From NCBI GenBank assembly GCA_041494685.1, contig JBGQBE010000013.1, positions 1 through 64,000 on the forward strand: a DNA stretch of 64,000 nucleotides. The letters run 5' to 3'. Below the pieces are notes generated by a model. That model worked only from the letters and a program-made list of their open reading frames with translations. It was not told the origin of the DNA and made no database searches. The position numbers were made by a program, and so were the translations under genes. This document shows, in pieces, positions 17,902 to 26,826 of the stretch; position 1 is the stretch's first letter, and each line of letters begins with the position of its first letter. Source of the stretch: Dehalococcoidia bacterium (GTDB lineage Bacteria; Chloroflexota; Dehalococcoidia; DSTF01; JACRBR01).

Positions 17902-19251
17902 ATGTACAAGCGCCTGCTTCTGGCCGCCGCTGCCGTGATCCTCGCGTCGATGACGTTGATTTCGACGCATGCCCAGGCGGCGGTCTACATCGGGTACGCG
18001 CCGCCCATCACGGACGCCGGCAACATCCCGTGGACCTCCCAGGACTCGGGTTGGCTTTCGACGAAGGGCGCCGATCCGGACGCGTGGGACATCGCCAACC
18101 GGGCGGCAACCTCGACATCGCAGTCAGCGCAGGCGATCCACGATTTCTTGCGGAGCGGTGGCACCGTCTACCTCCTCATCCCGGGGTACAATCCGCTCGG
18201 CAATTCTCAGTCACGGAGCGACTGGGAGGTGCCGGCCGCGGACTATCTGAACATGAGCAACAACAGCCACGTGCTGATCATGGAACTCGACTACTGGCGC
18301 ACGAACATCATCTACGGCTGGGCGTTCAGTGACGGAGTGAGCAAAGCGGAGAGCTTCGCCAGCAAGGCGAAGTCAGCGGGCGCGGGCCAGGTCATTATCT
18401 TTGCCCACTCGCTCGGTGCGGATGTGACGGGTCAGGTGACGCAGGACAGCGCGAACGTCAACCGCGGTTACGGGTTCGGCATCCCCTGCTTCTCATCGTG
18501 GGCGCCGAAGAACAAGGGCTACAGCTATTACCAGGGGTTTCACAAGATCAACAGCGGCAAGTACACGGTGTTCAGCCGGTACTCCGACCCCGCGTCCCAG
18601 GACAACTGCGTCATCTCGATGCTCGGCAACTGGTCGAGCAACTTCGGAAGCGTGCCCGGCCACGACTACGAGGAACTCGTGTATGACAACGACTATCACC
18701 GCTATGTGAACACCAACGGCTCGTGCCCGTGCCCTGCGACGAACTTCATGGCGAAGCTGTACAGCTTCGCCAATGGCGCCGTGAACGAAGACACGGGTTC
18801 CGGCTCGACGTACGACTGGAACAAGACCGCCGCCGACTATCGGACGATGCGGGTCGTCGATGACAATCAGGCGACGCTCACCGGCGTATACACGGTGCTG
18901 AGCGGCGACGGCTACGACAACGCGGTACGCCGCGCCTATGACAACGGCGCAACGGCGACGGTCAGCGCGACGTGGCGCGCGTCGCTCACCGCTGGCACGA
19001 AGTACGAAGCGCGCGTGTTCCTCCCGGCGATCACCGGGACGGCGCAAGTCACGTACAAGATCTGCTACTCAGGCGGCTGCACGACTCGCCAGGTGAGCCA
19101 ATCGTCGTATTCGGATGTGTGGGTCTCGCTTGGCACCTACACGTTCACCGGCACGAGCGGCGACTACGTCTACATGGACAACGCCACCGGCACGTGCTGC
19201 TCATCGTCCATCGGTGTGGACGCCGTCGAGTTCATCCCGAAGAGCCAGTAG
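17902..19251 (+). CDS. Secreted alpha/beta-hydrolase-like protein with a C-terminal golvesin/CBM-like beta domain
   Basis: Signal peptide ending AQA; LIPGYN; IFAHSLG nucleophile elbow; YSDP and GHDY as candidate Asp/His; C-terminal YEARVF...VSQS...WVSLGTYTF...VDAVEF. Confidence 0.75.
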   Translation: MYKRLLLAAAAVILASMTLISTHAQAAVYIGYAPPITDAGNIPWTSQDSGWLSTKGADPDAWDIANRAATSTSQSAQAIHDFLRSGGTVYLLIPGYNPLGNSQSRSDWEVPAADYLNMSNNSHVLIMELDYWRTNIIYGWAFSDGVSKAESFASKAKSAGAGQVIIFAHSLGADVTGQVTQDSANVNRGYGFGIPCFSSWAPKNKGYSYYQGFHKINSGKYTVFSRYSDPASQDNCVISMLGNWSSNFGSVPGHDYEELVYDNDYHRYVNTNGSCPCPATNFMAKLYSFANGAVNEDTGSGSTYDWNKTAADYRTMRVVDDNQATLTGVYTVLSGDGYDNAVRRAYDNGATATVSATWRASLTAGTKYEARVFLPAITGTAQVTYKICYSGGCTTRQVSQSSYSDVWVSLGTYTFTGTSGDYVYMDNATGTCCSSSIGVDAVEFIPKSQ

Positions 19252-19424
19252 CGCACCGGCTCGTCTCACCGATCTCACCGCGTCAAGCGTTTCTTGACAC
19301 GGCGGTCACGTGCGCGCGGTACAGTGTGACCGCACGCCCGGCCCCGCCCGGATGCCGGGGTGCATGGCGCCCGATGCGTTGCGCGCGGCAGCGCAGCGGC
19401 TGCGGTGGTGGTGGAAGTCGGCGG

Positions 19425-21047
19425 ATGAGGTATCGGCGGCGCTGGCCGATCGTGACGGGCCCGGCGTTGATCGTGGTCGCGGCGGCCGCGTTGATCTTCG
19501 TGATGCCGCCGCGGCACAGCACCGCGGCGGGTCCCGCGGGCGACTGGGGCACGTACCTGCACGACCCCGCGCGCACGGCGGCGAACCTGGACGAGACCAC
19601 CCTCTCGACCAGCAACGCGGCGCAACTCCATACCATCTGGTCGTTCGCCACGGGCGCCATCGTCGCGGCTTCACCGACGGTCGCGGGCAATGTCGTCTAC
19701 ATGGGATCGTGGGACGGCTACCTGTACGCGATTAACGCGGTCACTGGCCAGCAGATCTGGCGCTCACCCTCGCTCGGCCTAACGAACGTCCCAGCCTGCC
19801 CGATGCAGATGGGCATCACGTCGAGCGTGACGGTCCAGGGCGGCGTCGTGTACGTCGGCGGCGGCGACAGCAACTGGTACGCGCTGAGCGCGACGACCGG
19901 CGCGATCCTGTGGTCGGTGTTCGTCGGTGACAACACGAGCGGCGGCAACTACAACTGGTCCAGCCCGCTGATCTACAACGGCTACGCGTACATCGGCGCC
20001 GCAAGCAACTGCGACACCCCGCTGGTGCAGGGCAGGCTCTTGCGCGTGGACCTGGCGACGCCGCACAACGTCGTAGGCACGTTCAAGGTGGTGCTCGATG
20101 GAACGCTCGGTGGCGGCATCTGGGGCTCGCCGTCGATCGATCCGGCGACGAACACGATCTTCGTCACGACCGGGAACCATGACGCGTTCAACCCACCAGC
20201 GCCGCCGTACACCAGGGCCATCCTGGCCATCGACGCGACGATGATGACACTGAAGCCGAACGGCGCGTGGCAGATCCCGGCGAACCAGGCAGTCAACGAC
20301 GGCGACTGGGGCACGACGCCCACGCTCTTCACCGACTCGCTGAGCCGCAGCCTGGTGGGCGCGACGAACAAGAATGGCTACGTCTACGCCTTCGACCGCG
20401 CGAACCTGAGCGGCGGACCGCTGTGGCAACGGCAGATCGCGATCGGCGGCGACACCCCGGAGAACGGCGACGGCAGCGTGTCGTCGGCGGCCTTCGACGG
20501 CATGCGTCTGCACGTCGCCGGCGGCAACACTACGATCGGCGCTACCAGTTACCCCGGCTCGGTGCGCGCGCTGGATCCCGCGACAGGCGCCATCCTGTGG
20601 GAGAAGGGTGTGTCCGGGATGGTATTGGCGGCGCAGGCATACGCGAACGGCGTGGTCGTCGATGCGGCGGGAGCAGCGCTGGAGGTGCGCGACGCCGCGA
20701 ACGGCAACCTGCTGTACAGCTACGCCACCGGGGGGCAGATCTTCGGAGCGCCGACGATTTCGAACGGACGGATCTTCGTCGGGTCGACGGACGGCAAGAT
20801 CTACGCGTTCGGCCTGCTGGCCAGCGTCGGCGGCATCGCAGAGGCGGCTGACGCCTCGGCATTGCCGCCACGCCCGGCGAGTAGCGGCGGCGCTCTTCGC
20901 ACGACGTCATCGCTCGGCGCGCTCATGCTTGCGATTGCGGCCGCCTTGGGCGTGGGATGGCGCGTGCGCAGGAAGCGCGCAGCGAAGGCCGGTGCTATCG
21001 CGCGGCATCTCCGTAACTCTGCGCGCGAGCGAGGTGCCGAGCGCTAG
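19425..21047 (+). CDS. Secreted PQQ-binding-like (BamB-type) beta-propeller with a C-terminal membrane anchor
   Basis: DWGTYLHDPART; repeated SP..GVVY.GS.DG.LYA..A.TG...W blades; tail VGGIAE, TM helix, RVRRKR. Confidence 0.85.
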   Translation: MRYRRRWPIVTGPALIVVAAAALIFVMPPRHSTAAGPAGDWGTYLHDPARTAANLDETTLSTSNAAQLHTIWSFATGAIVAASPTVAGNVVYMGSWDGYLYAINAVTGQQIWRSPSLGLTNVPACPMQMGITSSVTVQGGVVYVGGGDSNWYALSATTGAILWSVFVGDNTSGGNYNWSSPLIYNGYAYIGAASNCDTPLVQGRLLRVDLATPHNVVGTFKVVLDGTLGGGIWGSPSIDPATNTIFVTTGNHDAFNPPAPPYTRAILAIDATMMTLKPNGAWQIPANQAVNDGDWGTTPTLFTDSLSRSLVGATNKNGYVYAFDRANLSGGPLWQRQIAIGGDTPENGDGSVSSAAFDGMRLHVAGGNTTIGATSYPGSVRALDPATGAILWEKGVSGMVLAAQAYANGVVVDAAGAALEVRDAANGNLLYSYATGGQIFGAPTISNGRIFVGSTDGKIYAFGLLASVGGIAEAADASALPPRPASSGGALRTTSSLGALMLAIAAALGVGWRVRRKRAAKAGAIARHLRNSARERGAER

Positions 21048-21601
21048 GCGCGCTCCTGGTACTCGCCGGTGCCGGTGTTGACCTTGATCTTCTCGCCCTC
21101 GTTGACGAAGAGCGGGACGTTGACGACGAGGCCGGTCTCCAGCTTCGCGGGCTTCGTGGCGCCCGTCGCGGTGTCGCCCTTCACGCCCGGCTCGCACTGC
21201 GCCACGACGAGCACGACGGACGACGGCAGCTCGATGCCGATGGGCTCGTCGCCCAGGAAGAGCACGTCGCAGGTGCCGTTCTCGGCGATGTAATTCCGCG
21301 CGTCGCCGACCTGGTCCTTCGTGAGCGGCACCTGCTCGAATGTCTCCGTGTTCATGAAGTTCATGATGTCGTCTTCGACGTAGCTGAGTTGCATGGGGAC
21401 GCGGTCGACGCGGACGCGGGGCCACTTCTCGCCGGCCTGGAAGGTGCGCTCGATCAGGTCGCCGCGGCGCACGTCGCGGAGCTTCATGCGCATCTGCGCG
21501 GAGCCGCGGCCCATCTTGATGTGCGCGAACTCCATCACCTGGTACACGCGCCCGTCCAGTTCGATGGTCGCGCCGCGCTTCATATCGCCCGTAGAGATCA
21601 T
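21044..21601 (-). CDS. efp: Translation elongation factor P (Arg at the loop tip)
   Basis: HIKMGRG, FMNTETFEQ, PGVKGDTA, KPAKLETG, VPLFV, TGEY. Confidence 0.97.
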   Translation of the reverse strand: MISTGDMKRGATIELDGRVYQVMEFAHIKMGRGSAQMRMKLRDVRRGDLIERTFQAGEKWPRVRVDRVPMQLSYVEDDIMNFMNTETFEQVPLTKDQVGDARNYIAENGTCDVLFLGDEPIGIELPSSVVLVVAQCEPGVKGDTATGATKPAKLETGLVVNVPLFVNEGEKIKVNTGTGEYQERA

Positions 21602-21677
21602 GGGGAGAACGCCCTCCGATCCTGTGCTGGTTGGTTCCTAACGGTATCGAACCGCAGGCCCGCGCTCCAGCGCGGCA

Positions 21678-22763
21678 TCAGCCCGCGAATTGCAGCTTGG
21701 GCGCGCGGCTCATGACGCGCGGCTTGCCGTGCTCCAGCACGACCATATCCTCGATGCGGACGCCACCCCAGCCGGTGATGTAGATGCCCGGCTCGATGGT
21801 GAAGACCATGTCGTCCTTGAGTTCGTCCGTGGAGGTGCGGGCGACGCGGGGCGCCTCGTGCACCTCCAGGCCGATGCCGTGGCCGAGGCCGTGGCCGAAA
21901 GCGTCGCCGTAGCCGGCGGCCTCGATCACGTTGTGGGCGATCATGTGGCATTCTTCGCCGGTCATGCCGGGCTTCACCATCTCCTCAGCGGTGAGCTGGG
22001 CGGTGAGGACGATGTCGTAGATCTTCTTGAACTGGTCGTCCGGCTTGCCCAGGAAGATGGTGCGCGTCAGGTCGGACATATAGCCGGCGACGTCGCAGCC
22101 CATGTCGATGACGACGCCCTCGCCGGCCTCCAGCTCGCGCTCGCGCGGGTAGGCGTGGGGCATGGCGCCCCAGGGTCCGCCGGCGACGATCGTGTCGAAG
22201 GAGAGGCCGTCGCCCCCGTGCTCGCGAATGTACTTCTCGATCTCCCAGGAGACCTGCTTCTCGGTCCAGCCTGGCTCGACGCGCTGCGCGACGTGCGTGA
22301 AGGCGGCGTCGCCGAGGTCGACGGCGGCCTGCAGCGCCGCGATCTCGCCCGGTTCTTTGTAGAGCCGCAACGCCTCGACGAGGCCGGGCGTCGGGACGAG
22401 GGCGGGGCGCTCGGACTCCGGCAGCGTGGCGAGCGACTTCTTGAACTGCGCGTGCGTGGCCACGGTCATGTCGTTGGACTCGATCGCCACCTTCTTGCCG
22501 CCGAGGCCGGCGAAGAGCTGCGGCACCCAGCCGTCGAAGCCGCCGACGGTCTTGTGGAGGCGGAAGTCGGGCGCCTGGGCGGCGCTCTGCTCGTAGTAGC
22601 GGAAGTCGGTGGCGATGACGGCGTCGTCGGCGCCGATCAGCAGGTAGCCGGCGGAGCCGGTGAAGCCGCTGAGGTAGCGCCGGTTCTGGGCGTTGGAGAT
22701 CAGCGCCGCATCGAGTTCGCGCTCCTGCAGGGCGCGGCGGAGTCGCTGCACGCGGGTGTTCAT
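21678..22763 (-). CDS. Xaa-Pro aminopeptidase/dipeptidase (M24)
   Basis: RYLSGFTGS, DFRY, IDMG, YMSDLTRT, HGLGHGIGLEVHE, TIEPGIY, GVRIED. Confidence 0.95.
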   Translation of the reverse strand: MNTRVQRLRRALQERELDAALISNAQNRRYLSGFTGSAGYLLIGADDAVIATDFRYYEQSAAQAPDFRLHKTVGGFDGWVPQLFAGLGGKKVAIESNDMTVATHAQFKKSLATLPESERPALVPTPGLVEALRLYKEPGEIAALQAAVDLGDAAFTHVAQRVEPGWTEKQVSWEIEKYIREHGGDGLSFDTIVAGGPWGAMPHAYPRERELEAGEGVVIDMGCDVAGYMSDLTRTIFLGKPDDQFKKIYDIVLTAQLTAEEMVKPGMTGEECHMIAHNVIEAAGYGDAFGHGLGHGIGLEVHEAPRVARTSTDELKDDMVFTIEPGIYITGWGGVRIEDMVVLEHGKPRVMSRAPKLQFAG

Positions 22764-22779
22764 GCGTCCGTCCTTGTCG

Positions 22780-23118
22780 CTAGCGGCTGTCAAAGATGCC
22801 CACGATCAGATCGCGCGCCTCCGGGCGACCGGTGACGCGCAAGAGGACCGCGTCGTTGCTGCGCCGCGCCGAGAGGTCGAGGAAGGGGCAGCAGCGCGAC
22901 TCGATGTCGATGTAGTGCCGGACGGTATCCCAGGACTCCGGCGTGAAGGTCACCTCGACGCCGCCGTCGATCTGTCGCGGCGGTGGCACGATACCTGCGG
23001 CGAGCGCCTCGCGCACGCCGTCGCGCACCATCTCGTTGGCGATGGTGAAGTCGCAGGCGAGGTCACCGTCTCGGTCCACGGCGTGCAACTCGATCACCTC
23101 GCCAAAGTCGCCGGGCAT
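22780..23118 (-). CDS. Small hypothetical protein with AC..ESRCCPFL motifs (possibly metal-binding)
   Basis: LACDF...IDIESRCCPFLDL; GGAG SD; packed tightly between aroQ and the M24 gene. Confidence 0.7.
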   Translation of the reverse strand: MPGDFGEVIELHAVDRDGDLACDFTIANEMVRDGVREALAAGIVPPPRQIDGGVEVTFTPESWDTVRHYIDIESRCCPFLDLSARRSNDAVLLRVTGRPEARDLIVGIFDSR

Positions 23119-23119
23119 G

Positions 23120-23560
23120 CTACTCCGCCCCCTTGATGATCGCGACCAGCGCGTCGACCGCCAGCAGGTAGCCCTGCACGCCGAGGCCGGCGATAACGCC
23201 GTTCACGACGGGCGACAGGAACGATTCGTGGCGGAACGGCTCGCGCTTCCAGACGTTGGAGATGTGCACCTCGACGGCGGGGAGCGCCGCGCCCGCGATG
23301 GCGTCGCGCAGGGCGATGCTGGTGTGCGTCAGGGCGCCGGCATTGATGACGATGCCCTGGGCCGCGCCTTTCTCCTGCTGGAGCCAGTCGATGATGGCGC
23401 CCTCATGGTTGGACTGGAAGGTGCGGACGTCGGCGCCCAGGCTGGCGGCCCGAGCGGCTACGGCAGACTCGATCTCGGGCAGGCTGGTCGTGCCGTAGAT
23501 CAGGGCCTCCCGGCTGCCAAGAGTGTTCAGATTGGGGCCGTTTACCAGTAACAGTCGCAT
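23120..23560 (-). CDS. aroQ: Type II 3-dehydroquinate dehydratase
   Basis: NGPNLNTLGSRE..YG, QSNHEG, INAGALTHTS, EVHISN, REPFRH; start ATG at 23560, probably leaderless. Confidence 0.97.
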   Translation of the reverse strand: MRLLLVNGPNLNTLGSREALIYGTTSLPEIESAVAARAASLGADVRTFQSNHEGAIIDWLQQEKGAAQGIVINAGALTHTSIALRDAIAGAALPAVEVHISNVWKREPFRHESFLSPVVNGVIAGLGVQGYLLAVDALVAIIKGAE

Positions 23561-23698
23561 CGGGGCACATTGTAACGGCTGGCCCCAGATTCGGCATCCG
23601 GGCCTATTCCCCGCCTGGCAGGTGTGGGTTCCCCTACGGAATGCCGAGAATCTAAAGAGAGGCCGTGGATCGGGCCGAGGACGAGGCAGGCTAGAGGC

Positions 23699-24877
23699 AT
23701 GGACGAAGAGCAAATCGAAGCGACGATTCGTCGAGTCGCGGAGGCGAAGGCTGCCCTCGAAGGCGGCGCGCCCGCGCCGGAAGCTGCGACTGCGCCCCGA
23801 TCCGAGGCGCTGCCTGCGTCGGCCGCGCTCGCGCCGCACGCCGAAGAGTCCGCGATCGAGGCGACGATCCGGCGAGTGGCGGAGGCGCAGGCCGTGCGTG
23901 CGGCGGAGGCTACGGCGGTCGCACCGCCAGAGCAGTCGCCCTCCGAGCACGCCGCGGAGTCCGAAGGTCGGAGCGGATCGCACGAGGCGGCGACCGAAGA
24001 CGCGATCCGGCGCGTGCACGCCGCGAGGTCCGGGATGACGGACCACGCGCCGCCGTCCGAACCGCCGCTGGATATCGAGCCGCAAGCGGCCCGCGCCGCC
24101 GTCGAGGAATCGGCGATCGAAGCGGCCATCAGGCGCGTGGCGGAGGCCAAGGCGGAGCGCGAGCGCGAGGCAGCGACCGTCGAGGTGGAGCCAGCTATGG
24201 TCGAGACGCCGCGGCTGGTACCGCTTCACCCGGCGCCGGCGGCGTGGCATGCGCCCGTAACGGAGCCGGACGACCGCGGCGAGAGCGAACTGGCGCAGGC
24301 AGTGGCGCAGTTGCGGCAGGAGTTGGACGAGACGAAGCGCGCGCTCGACGCGTTGACGGCGCGGTTTGAGGCCGCGGCGCCAGCGGGCGCGATCCCGTCC
24401 ATGCCGGCGTCAAGCGACGGCCGAGACGAGTGGTACGACCCGCCATCGGTACCACGCGCGGCGACGCCGCTTGCGCGCGACGGAGGATCACAGGGCGCCG
24501 CAGGCGACCGCGCCGCGCCGCACGACGACGTGGAGCGCGTGATCGACACGCGGCCGATACCGAAGCCGCTGCCGCCGCTGCGTGCGGAGCCGAAGCGCGG
24601 GCTGGACCTGCTGCCGCGGACGTACCGCATCACCGTTGAGGACAAGCGGCGGGGCGTGGACCTGGTACCGCTGCACCGCGCGCTGTTGGGGATGGACGGC
24701 GTGCGTGACATGTCGCTGTTGAGCTACAGCAACGGCGTGGCGATCGTATCGCTGGACGTCGTGGACGAACTGAACCCGGAGACGCTGGGGCGGGCGGTCT
24801 CTCGCGCGATGTCGCGGGAGGCGAAGGTCGAAGTCCATAACGAGCAGACCATGGTGGTCAAGCTCGCGGAAGAGTAG
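23699..24877 (+). CDS. Hypothetical protein: four IEATIRRVAEA-type helical repeats in disordered linkers, a coiled coil and a C-terminal alpha/beta domain
   Basis: Repeats visible in the translation; coherent GC3-rich frame; 9 bp from the next gene. Confidence 0.75.
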   Translation: MDEEQIEATIRRVAEAKAALEGGAPAPEAATAPRSEALPASAALAPHAEESAIEATIRRVAEAQAVRAAEATAVAPPEQSPSEHAAESEGRSGSHEAATEDAIRRVHAARSGMTDHAPPSEPPLDIEPQAARAAVEESAIEAAIRRVAEAKAEREREAATVEVEPAMVETPRLVPLHPAPAAWHAPVTEPDDRGESELAQAVAQLRQELDETKRALDALTARFEAAAPAGAIPSMPASSDGRDEWYDPPSVPRAATPLARDGGSQGAAGDRAAPHDDVERVIDTRPIPKPLPPLRAEPKRGLDLLPRTYRITVEDKRRGVDLVPLHRALLGMDGVRDMSLLSYSNGVAIVSLDVVDELNPETLGRAVSRAMSREAKVEVHNEQTMVVKLAEE

Positions 24878-24886
24878 GCAGGCACG

Positions 24887-26074
24887 ATGCGCTGGCTCCC
24901 GGGCAAGAAAGACGGACGGGCGCGCGACCGCGGGTCGCAGCCATACGTGGCGATCGAATCGCTGGACGAGGCGCGCCCGTCCGGGCGCGAGGGGCGGCTG
25001 TTCGACCTGGTGATCCTGTCGCTGTTCCTGCACAGCGCGGGCAGCACGAACGAGATGATGGGCATGTTCCTGGAGCGCGCGCCCGGAGCCACGGAGGCGA
25101 TCTTCGTGTACCCGCTGGTGCTCGACAAGAAGCGCGACGTGCTGACAGCCGCGCCGCTCGAGGGCATCGTGGACCCGCACCTGGAGCGCGCGATGGAGGC
25201 GTACCAGGAGGATCTGACGTCCGTCGAGCTCAACCTCCCCGCCAATCACTTCCGTCGCAGTGTGATGGAGACGGGCGAAGTGGTCGTCCGCGATTCGTTG
25301 AAGGACTTCTGGGGCGATCTGTTCCCGCCGGAGCACGTGAAGACGGCGGAAGAGAAGCTGGGGATCAAGAAGTACGCGCTCGTGCCCATGCTGGTCGAAG
25401 GCGAGCCCTACGGCTGCGTGATCTTCGGCTTCGACAAGACGGACATCGACGGCGAGATCGTCGAGTTGCTGGTGGGACACTTCACGCTGTCGATGCGCGA
25501 TATCGCGACGCAGGAGGATACGGCGCGCTTCAACGATATCGACCCGGTGACGTGGGTGTACAACAAGCGCTACGCGAGCGACTCGATCGAGTCGGAGCTG
25601 GTGCGCTGCGGGCGCTATGCGCGGCCGCTCTCGATCGTGGTGATCGACCTGGACGACTTCGGCGCGTTTAACGCGCAGTACGGACAATCGATGGGCGACC
25701 GGTTGCTCCGCAGTGCCGCGGTGAGTCTCGCGGAAGCGATCTCGCCGCCGGAGATCGTGGCGAGGCTCAACGCCGACGAGTTCGCGGTGCTGCTGCCGGA
25801 GACGAACCGCGCCGCAGCGGTCTCGGTGACGACGCGGCTGCTGGCAAGCCTCTCGCAGGTGTCGGTCTTCGGCAACGACGGCGCGCCGGAACCGCTGAAG
25901 GCATCCGTTGCGATCGTCTGCTTCCCGGAAGACGGGGCATCCGCGAAGGATCTGATCGAGAGCGCGCTCTCCGACCTGGAGCAAGTCAAGCGCGAGCGCG
26001 AAGAGCAGGCGAAGGCGCCGACCCGGCCGGTTAACCCGCTGGCGCGCGCGGCGAACGACCGCATCCGCGGCTAA
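24887..26074 (+). CDS. GAF + degenerate GGDEF-domain protein
   Basis: GAF-like (YALVPMLVEGEPYGCVIF); DPVTWVYNKR, IDLDDF..FN..YG...GD, ARLNADEF in place of GGDEF. Confidence 0.88.
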   Translation: MRWLPGKKDGRARDRGSQPYVAIESLDEARPSGREGRLFDLVILSLFLHSAGSTNEMMGMFLERAPGATEAIFVYPLVLDKKRDVLTAAPLEGIVDPHLERAMEAYQEDLTSVELNLPANHFRRSVMETGEVVVRDSLKDFWGDLFPPEHVKTAEEKLGIKKYALVPMLVEGEPYGCVIFGFDKTDIDGEIVELLVGHFTLSMRDIATQEDTARFNDIDPVTWVYNKRYASDSIESELVRCGRYARPLSIVVIDLDDFGAFNAQYGQSMGDRLLRSAAVSLAEAISPPEIVARLNADEFAVLLPETNRAAAVSVTTRLLASLSQVSVFGNDGAPEPLKASVAIVCFPEDGASAKDLIESALSDLEQVKREREEQAKAPTRPVNPLARAANDRIRG

Positions 26075-26826
26075 CGCGCCGCGTCGAGCCGGGCGATCAC
26101 GCCGGGCAGCTCCCGCACATGGTCGATCACCGCGTCGGGCTGCGGCTCGAAGCCCTCGTACGGGCGCGCGGCGTACTGTCGCGTCAATACAGCGTGCATG
26201 CCGGCCGCCTTCGCGCCGGCGATGTCGTGCAGGGGGCTGTCGCCGACGAAGACCGATTCGCCCGGCAGCGCGTCGAGGTTGCGCATGGCCTTCTCGAAGA
26301 GCATGGCGTGCGGCTTGCGGTAGCCCTCATCGGCCGAGACGACTACCGCACTCATCAACTGCTCCATGCGTTGGTTGCGCAGCATCTGGCGGATCGCCGC
26401 GCCATTGGCGAGCGTGTTGGTGACGCAGCCGACACGGTACCCGGCCGTCACGAGCGCCTCAACGCCTTCGCGCGTGCCTTCGGCGCAGATTAGCGCATCG
26501 ACCTCGGTCGCGAAGACCGGCGGCGTGATCTCGCGTAGCAGGTCGTGGTCGAGCGAGAGTCCGAGGGCGCGGCAACCCTCGTCCACCCATGTCCACGAGG
26601 GCGGCTGATCCGTGCGGGTGCTGGTGGTGAAGTATGTCTCCGACGCGGCGAAGAGCGCGTCGCGGACCGCCGCCTGCAACGCAGCCGCCTCGGGCAGATC
26701 GTCGCGGCGCAGGCGCTGCACGAGGGTGGCGCGGAGGCCGGCGTAGGCACGTTCGAGCGCGCCGTCTTGCGGCCCGATGTCCCAGAGCGTATGGCCCAGG
26801 TCAAAGATGACGGCGCGGATCGTCAC
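26071..26826 (-). CDS. HAD-superfamily hydrolase
   Basis: IFDLGHTL, VTN, RKPH, FVGDSPLHDIAGA. Confidence 0.9.
   Translation of the reverse strand: MTIRAVIFDLGHTLWDIGPQDGALERAYAGLRATLVQRLRRDDLPEAAALQAAVRDALFAASETYFTTSTRTDQPPSWTWVDEGCRALGLSLDHDLLREITPPVFATEVDALICAEGTREGVEALVTAGYRVGCVTNTLANGAAIRQMLRNQRMEQLMSAVVVSADEGYRKPHAMLFEKAMRNLDALPGESVFVGDSPLHDIAGAKAAGMHAVLTRQYAARPYEGFEPQPDAVIDHVRELPGVIARLDAAR

Noticed and set aside
23640..23682. sigma28 promoter for the repeat-protein/GGDEF pair
   Set aside because: TAAAG and GCCGAGGA are present, but the spacing is 17 and the -10 lacks the conserved AT; too weak to call
23714..24151. CRISPR or DNA-level repeat array
   Set aside because: Repeats are in frame, diverge at synonymous sites and have long coding spacers; no cas genes
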